Shown here piece after piece: positions 25,136 to 29,344 of a DNA stretch of 29,344 bases (the first letter of the stretch is position 1; every line of letters begins with the position of its first letter). The notes beneath the pieces are model-generated. The model was given only the letters and a program-made list of their open reading frames with translations, did no database searches and was not told the DNA's origin. Location: the NCBI GenBank assembly GCA_014729565.1, contig WJJR01000319.1, forward strand, positions 1 to 29,344, written 5' to 3'. Origin of the DNA: Candidatus Zixiibacteriota bacterium. Its GTDB lineage: Bacteria > Zixibacteria > MSB-5A5 > WJJR01. A program made the position numbers and the translations under genes.

Positions 25136-26890
25136 ATGAGTCCAGCGACCAATACAGAGCGCTCGCACAAAGCCCAGAAAGTTCTCGAACGATTCGACAA
25201 GAAGCTGAGCCGCCAGGTGGTGAGTTCGCTGGTGTCGTGTGTGCACTGCGGCATGTGCACCGATAGCTGCCACTATGTCCTGGCCAACCCCGACGATCCC
25301 AGCTACGCTCCGGCCTACAAAGCGGATCGCATTCGGCGCATCTTCAAACGCCATTTCGATTGGACCGGACGCGTCGCGCCGTGGTGGGTGCACGCCAGGA
25401 GCGTCTACACCGATGATGATCTGGAGGAACTGAAGGACATCGTCTTCGGCAAGTGCACCAACTGCCGACGCTGCACCATCAACTGCCCGATGGGTGTCGA
25501 CTTTGCCACCTTCAATCGCATGGCGCGCGGCCTGCTGGTATCAGTCGGAGTGATGCCTGAGGGCGTCTCCGTCGTCAGCAAAGACCAGTGGGAAATCGGC
25601 AATCAGATGGGGGTATTGAAAGAGGACTACATCGAGACACTGGAATGGATGGCCGAGGAACTGCAGATGGAACTGAACGATCCGGAGGCGACCATTCCGA
25701 TCGACGTCCCGGATTGCGACATTGTCTACTCCATCAATCCGCGCGAAATCAAATACGACCCACGCACCATTGCCGACGCGGCCAAAATCTTCTACGCCGC
25801 CGGCGAACACTGGACGATGCCCAGCGAAGGCTGGGACATGACCAATTTCGGCCTGTTCTCCGGTGACGACGATCTCGGCGGCGCGGTCGCGCGCCGTCTC
25901 TACGAAAAGGTCAGCGACTTGCGCGGTAAGACGCTGGTGATTTCCGAATGCGGCCACGGGTACCGCTCCACACGCTGCGAGGGTCCCAACTGGGCCAAGC
26001 AGGACATCAACGATTTCGCGATGGAAAGCTCAGTCAGTACGATGTTGCGCTACATTAGAGACGGACGCATCACCGTCGACAAGACCCGCAACACCACTCC
26101 GGTAACCTTTCATGACTCCTGCAACAACGCGCGCAGTTGCGGATTTTTCGAGGAACCCCGCGAACTACTGAACCTGGTCTGTAGCGATTTCCGTGAGATG
26201 TATCCCAACCGTGCCGAGAACTACTGTTGCACCGGCGGCGGCGGGGCGATGTCGATGTCCGAATACACACCGCGCCGTTTGAAATCGGCGAAGATTAAGG
26301 CGGAACAACTCAAAGCCACCGGCGCCAAGATCGTTGTCACCTCCTGCCACAATTGTGTTGACGGACTCAGCGACTTGATTCGCCACTACAACCTGGACAT
26401 GAAAGTGACCCAACTCGTCAATCTCGTTGCCGATGCGTTAGTGATTGAACCCAAGGCTGAAGCACCCGAGGCGGCAGTTCCTGTTGCCACGGCAGACGGC
26501 GAGCTGGCGGGATACACGATTCTTGTTGCCGACGATGAACCCGATCTCGTCACCTTCGTCTCCACGCTGCTGGAAGACCACGGCGCGACCGTCATCGGCG
26601 CATCAAATGGCGAAGAAGCGTTGTCGCTGGCCCGTGCGCACAAGCCCGATCTGATTACCCTCGACATCACCATGCCGGGCATGAGCGGCGACGAAGTCTT
26701 CGTAGCGCTGCGTAAGGATCCCGACTTAAGGGGCATCAAGGCCTGCATCATCACCGGACGGCCCGAATTGCGACGGCTCATCTATGAACGTCCGGTGACA
26801 CCGCCGGAGGGATATATCGATAAGCCGGTCGATGAAGAATCGATTCTGACCAACGTGAAGAAGATACTCGAAGTGCATCACGAGAGTTAA
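25136..26890 (+). CDS. TmcB/DsrK/HdrD-like (Fe-S)-binding protein fused to a C-terminal response-regulator receiver domain
   Basis: Motifs CVHCGMCTDSC, CTNCRRCTINC, ECGH and FHDSC...YCCTGGGG...SCHNC. After an Ala/Pro/Glu linker comes ILVADDEPD...LITLDITMPG...IITG...IDKP. Confidence 0.88.
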   Translation: MSPATNTERSHKAQKVLERFDKKLSRQVVSSLVSCVHCGMCTDSCHYVLANPDDPSYAPAYKADRIRRIFKRHFDWTGRVAPWWVHARSVYTDDDLEELKDIVFGKCTNCRRCTINCPMGVDFATFNRMARGLLVSVGVMPEGVSVVSKDQWEIGNQMGVLKEDYIETLEWMAEELQMELNDPEATIPIDVPDCDIVYSINPREIKYDPRTIADAAKIFYAAGEHWTMPSEGWDMTNFGLFSGDDDLGGAVARRLYEKVSDLRGKTLVISECGHGYRSTRCEGPNWAKQDINDFAMESSVSTMLRYIRDGRITVDKTRNTTPVTFHDSCNNARSCGFFEEPRELLNLVCSDFREMYPNRAENYCCTGGGGAMSMSEYTPRRLKSAKIKAEQLKATGAKIVVTSCHNCVDGLSDLIRHYNLDMKVTQLVNLVADALVIEPKAEAPEAAVPVATADGELAGYTILVADDEPDLVTFVSTLLEDHGATVIGASNGEEALSLARAHKPDLITLDITMPGMSGDEVFVALRKDPDLRGIKACIITGRPELRRLIYERPVTPPEGYIDKPVDEESILTNVKKILEVHHES

Positions 26891-26892
26891 CG

Positions 26893-28323
26893 ATGTGTAG
26901 CGGTGCGGCGCCCGACGGCGCATACAAGCAGTACTTCGATTCGATGCCGTGTTTCTTGACGGTGCAGGACCGTAATCTGCGCGTCATCGACGCCAATGCG
27001 CGGTTCGAAGAGAAGTTCGGCGATTACCGCGGTCGCTACTGCTACCAAGTCTACAAACAGCGGCCGGAAAAGTGTGAAGTCTGCCCGGTCGAGCGGACGT
27101 TTCGGGATGGCGAGTCACATCGCACCGAGGAACTGGTCAAGACCTTGCAGGGCGATGACGTCTGGGTGATTGTCTACACAACCCCGATTCGCAATGAGCA
27201 CGGCGACATCACCTCGGTGATGGAGATGTCGACCGATATCACCGAGATCAAACTGCTCCACAAACATTTGCGCGAAAGCCAGGAGAAGTACCGACTCCTG
27301 TTCGAAGAAGTCCCCTGTTACATCTCGATTCAGGATCGCGACCTGAACATCGTCGCGGCTAACCGCCTGCACCGCGAGGCCTTTGGCACGGCGTACGGAC
27401 AAAAGTGCTACGAGGTGTACAAACACCGGGCCAAGGCTTGCTCACCCTGTCCGGTGCACGAAACCTTCGCGGACGGTCAGTCACGGGCTCACGAAGAGGT
27501 GGTCACAGCCCAGGACGGTTCGCGCATGAACGTGTTGGTCTACACCGCACCACTGCGCAATGTCGATGGTGAGGTGGAGCACGTGATTGAAATGAGCACC
27601 GACATCACACAGATCCGCGAACTGCAAGACAAGCTCTCGTCGGTCGGCATGCTGATCAGCACCATCTCTCACGGCATCAAAGGCTTACTCAATGGACTGG
27701 ATGGGGGAATCTATCTCCTCAACTCGGGACTGGAGAAGAACGACCGCGCACGGATCGACAAGGGCTGGGACATGACACTTCGCAATGTCCGGCGCATCCG
27801 AACGCTGGTCATGGACATCCTGTACTACGCCAAGGATCGTGAACCCGAATACGAGCCGATCTCTGCGCGACAGATTCTGGAGGAGGTGTGTGGCTCACTA
27901 CAAGAACGTGCACAAAAATTGAACATCTCCTTGAGCGTCGATGCGAAGGACACCGGAGAATCCCATGCCGATCCGCAGATGATTCGCTCACTACTGGTCA
28001 ATCTGATCGAAAACGCGTTTGATGCCTGCCGGATTGACGGTGCGAAACCGGACCATACGGTGCGTGTTTCACTTGATGAGATCGATGGAGCAGTGCGTTT
28101 CACAATTGCCGACAATGGCATCGGTATGGATCAGGAAACACGTGAAAAGGCATTCAGTCTGTTCTTCTCGTCGAAGGGAGCAGGTGGAACCGGACTCGGC
28201 CTGTTTATCGCAAATAAGATTGCGCAAGCACACGGCGGCAGCATTACGCTGGAATCGGTAGAAGACGAAGGAACTACATTTGTTGTAGAACTTCCCCGCC
28301 AACAGCACCCTCCAATTGACTGA
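26893..28323 (+). CDS. Cytoplasmic PAS-PAS sensor histidine kinase
   Basis: Two PAS repeats, H-box ISH260GIKG, N-box NLIENAFDA, G1 DNGIGM, F-box FSLFFSSK and G2 GTGLGL. No TM segment and no receiver domain. Confidence 0.9.
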   Translation: MCSGAAPDGAYKQYFDSMPCFLTVQDRNLRVIDANARFEEKFGDYRGRYCYQVYKQRPEKCEVCPVERTFRDGESHRTEELVKTLQGDDVWVIVYTTPIRNEHGDITSVMEMSTDITEIKLLHKHLRESQEKYRLLFEEVPCYISIQDRDLNIVAANRLHREAFGTAYGQKCYEVYKHRAKACSPCPVHETFADGQSRAHEEVVTAQDGSRMNVLVYTAPLRNVDGEVEHVIEMSTDITQIRELQDKLSSVGMLISTISHGIKGLLNGLDGGIYLLNSGLEKNDRARIDKGWDMTLRNVRRIRTLVMDILYYAKDREPEYEPISARQILEEVCGSLQERAQKLNISLSVDAKDTGESHADPQMIRSLLVNLIENAFDACRIDGAKPDHTVRVSLDEIDGAVRFTIADNGIGMDQETREKAFSLFFSSKGAGGTGLGLFIANKIAQAHGGSITLESVEDEGTTFVVELPRQQHPPID

Positions 28324-28344
28324 CACTTTCATTCTCACACCTGT

Positions 28345-28380
28345 TCAACTGAGTCAAAATGCAAATATTGACAAAGTTGA
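28345..28380. promoter_or_regulatory. 36-bp imperfect dyad upstream of the third DsrM-type gene, containing a TTGACA
   Basis: TCAACT-ga-GTCAAAAT-gcaa-ATATTGAC-aa-AGTTGA, with TTGACA at 28368-28373. Confidence 0.45.
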
Positions 28381-28387
28381 CCAGCGG

Positions 28388-28410
28388 AAAAGCGTTCTGC
28401 GCTTTTTCTT
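28388..28410 (+). terminator. Small A/T-flanked hairpin, possible terminator
   Basis: aaaagcg-ttctg-cgctttt followed by tctt. Confidence 0.35.
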
Positions 28411-28467
28411 ATAGGCGCACGTGCCGTATTAAACGATGACAACGTTGGTCGGCTATGGGAGGACTGT

Positions 28468-29344
28468 ATGAGCGCACTGCAATGGGTTAGCTACGTGGCG
28501 ATTGTCTTCTTTGTGGTCGCGGTGGCGGTGAAAATGATCCGCATCGCCCGCATGCCGGTGCATCTGCGCTGGGATCTGTACCCGATTCCGCACGAGAAAG
28601 GTAAAGGCCACTACGGCGGCTCGTACTTCGAGGAAATCGACTGGTGGACCAAGCCGCGCGAATTCGCCCTGATGGCCGAGCTGACCGAAATGGCCAAGGA
28701 GATCATCCTGGTCAAAGGGGTCTATCGCCACAACCGTCCGCTCTGGTATTTTTCCTTCCCGTTCCACTTCGGCCTCTACTGCCTGGTCGGATTCACCGTG
28801 CTCCTTCTCATCGGCGGGATCATGCAGGCGGCCGGGATGACGGTCACCGCCGCCACCGGCAACGGCTTCGCCGTGGCGGTGCACTATGCCACCCTGGTGC
28901 TGGGTTATGTCGGCTGGATCCTGAGTCTCGTGGGCGGTGTTGGCGTTCTGCTGAAACGGATGACGAACCGCGACATGCGCGCCGCCACCGTGCGCGGCGA
29001 CTATCTGAATCTGGTGTTTCTGCTGGCCGTGTTTGTGACCGGCATGCTGACGCTGACCACGGTCGAACAATCACTGGCGACCTGGCGCGGATTTATCGGC
29101 AGCCTGATCACGTTCCAGGCGGCGGGAGCGCTGCCGACGATCATGGCGGTGCACCTCTGGCTCGTCGTGGTTTTGCTGCTCTATTTCCCGTTCACCCATA
29201 TGACCCACATGGTCAGCAAGTATTTTACCTACCACACGGTGCGTTGGGAGGATGAGCCGAACATCCGCGACGGGCGCATTGACCGTGCGGTTCAGCAAGC
29301 ATTGGGATACAAGATCAACTGGTCGGCGCCGCACATCAAGTCCG
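28468..29344 (+). CDS. dsrM: Second DsrM-type (HmeC / Gram-positive-like) NarI-family cytochrome b, 3' end outside the window and absent from the ORF track
   Basis: Manual translation from the ATG after GGGAGG gives MSALQW...PVHLRWDLYPIPHE...YGGSYFEEIDWW...PFH...YFPFTHMTHMVSKYFTYHTVRWEDEPN...WSAPHI, open to the window end. Confidence 0.8.
   Translation, partial: MSALQWVSYVAIVFFVVAVAVKMIRIARMPVHLRWDLYPIPHEKGKGHYGGSYFEEIDWWTKPREFALMAELTEMAKEIILVKGVYRHNRPLWYFSFPFHFGLYCLVGFTVLLLIGGIMQAAGMTVTAATGNGFAVAVHYATLVLGYVGWILSLVGGVGVLLKRMTNRDMRAATVRGDYLNLVFLLAVFVTGMLTLTTVEQSLATWRGFIGSLITFQAAGALPTIMAVHLWLVVVLLLYFPFTHMTHMVSKYFTYHTVRWEDEPNIRDGRIDRAVQQALGYKINWSAPHIKS

Noticed and set aside
28453-29334. ORF-track calls in this region (205 aa minus, 203 aa plus, and others)
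   Set aside because: The real gene is the stop-less plus-strand frame starting at 28468, which has an RBS and clear DsrM motifs.
1-29344. Mobile elements, CRISPR arrays, tRNA/rRNA, frameshifts or selenocysteine read-through
   Set aside because: No transposase or integrase motifs, spaced direct repeats or RNA-gene signatures were seen. All core genes are full length in one frame, and the TGA stops fall at expected C-termini.

Overview
A GC-rich bacterial window with no mobile elements, RNA genes or CRISPR. Its core is one co-directional minus-strand run of about 19.8 kb (21189 down to 1380) carrying almost the whole dissimilatory sulfate-reduction pathway: sat-aprB-aprA-dsrA-dsrB-dsrD-dsrN-dsrL-dsrC-dsrT-dsrM-dsrK-dsrJ-dsrO-dsrP, then a CoA-disulfide/persulfide reductase-rhodanese fusion and siroheme genes (sirC, cobA-hemD). 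No qmoABC, aprM or dsrEFH is present in the window. At the left, converging on this run, are a truncated YeiH/PSE-family exporter, a small membrane protein and a ferritin-like protein. At the right, divergent from sat, are a Zn-finger protein and a YkgJ Cys-cluster protein. These are followed by a tightly coupled five-gene unit: a MerR regulator with a two-CW Cys domain, an atypical macrodomain, a TmcC/NarI-like cytochrome b, a DsrK/TmcB/HdrD-like Fe-S protein fused to an intact phospho-receiver domain, and a soluble histidine kinase with two 4-Cys PAS domains. A third, truncated DsrM-type gene ends the window. The strongest candidate for an undescribed system is this five-gene unit, which looks like a heterodisulfide-reductase-like membrane module placed directly under two-component phosphorylation control. 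All product calls come from motif recognition by eye; no database search was run.
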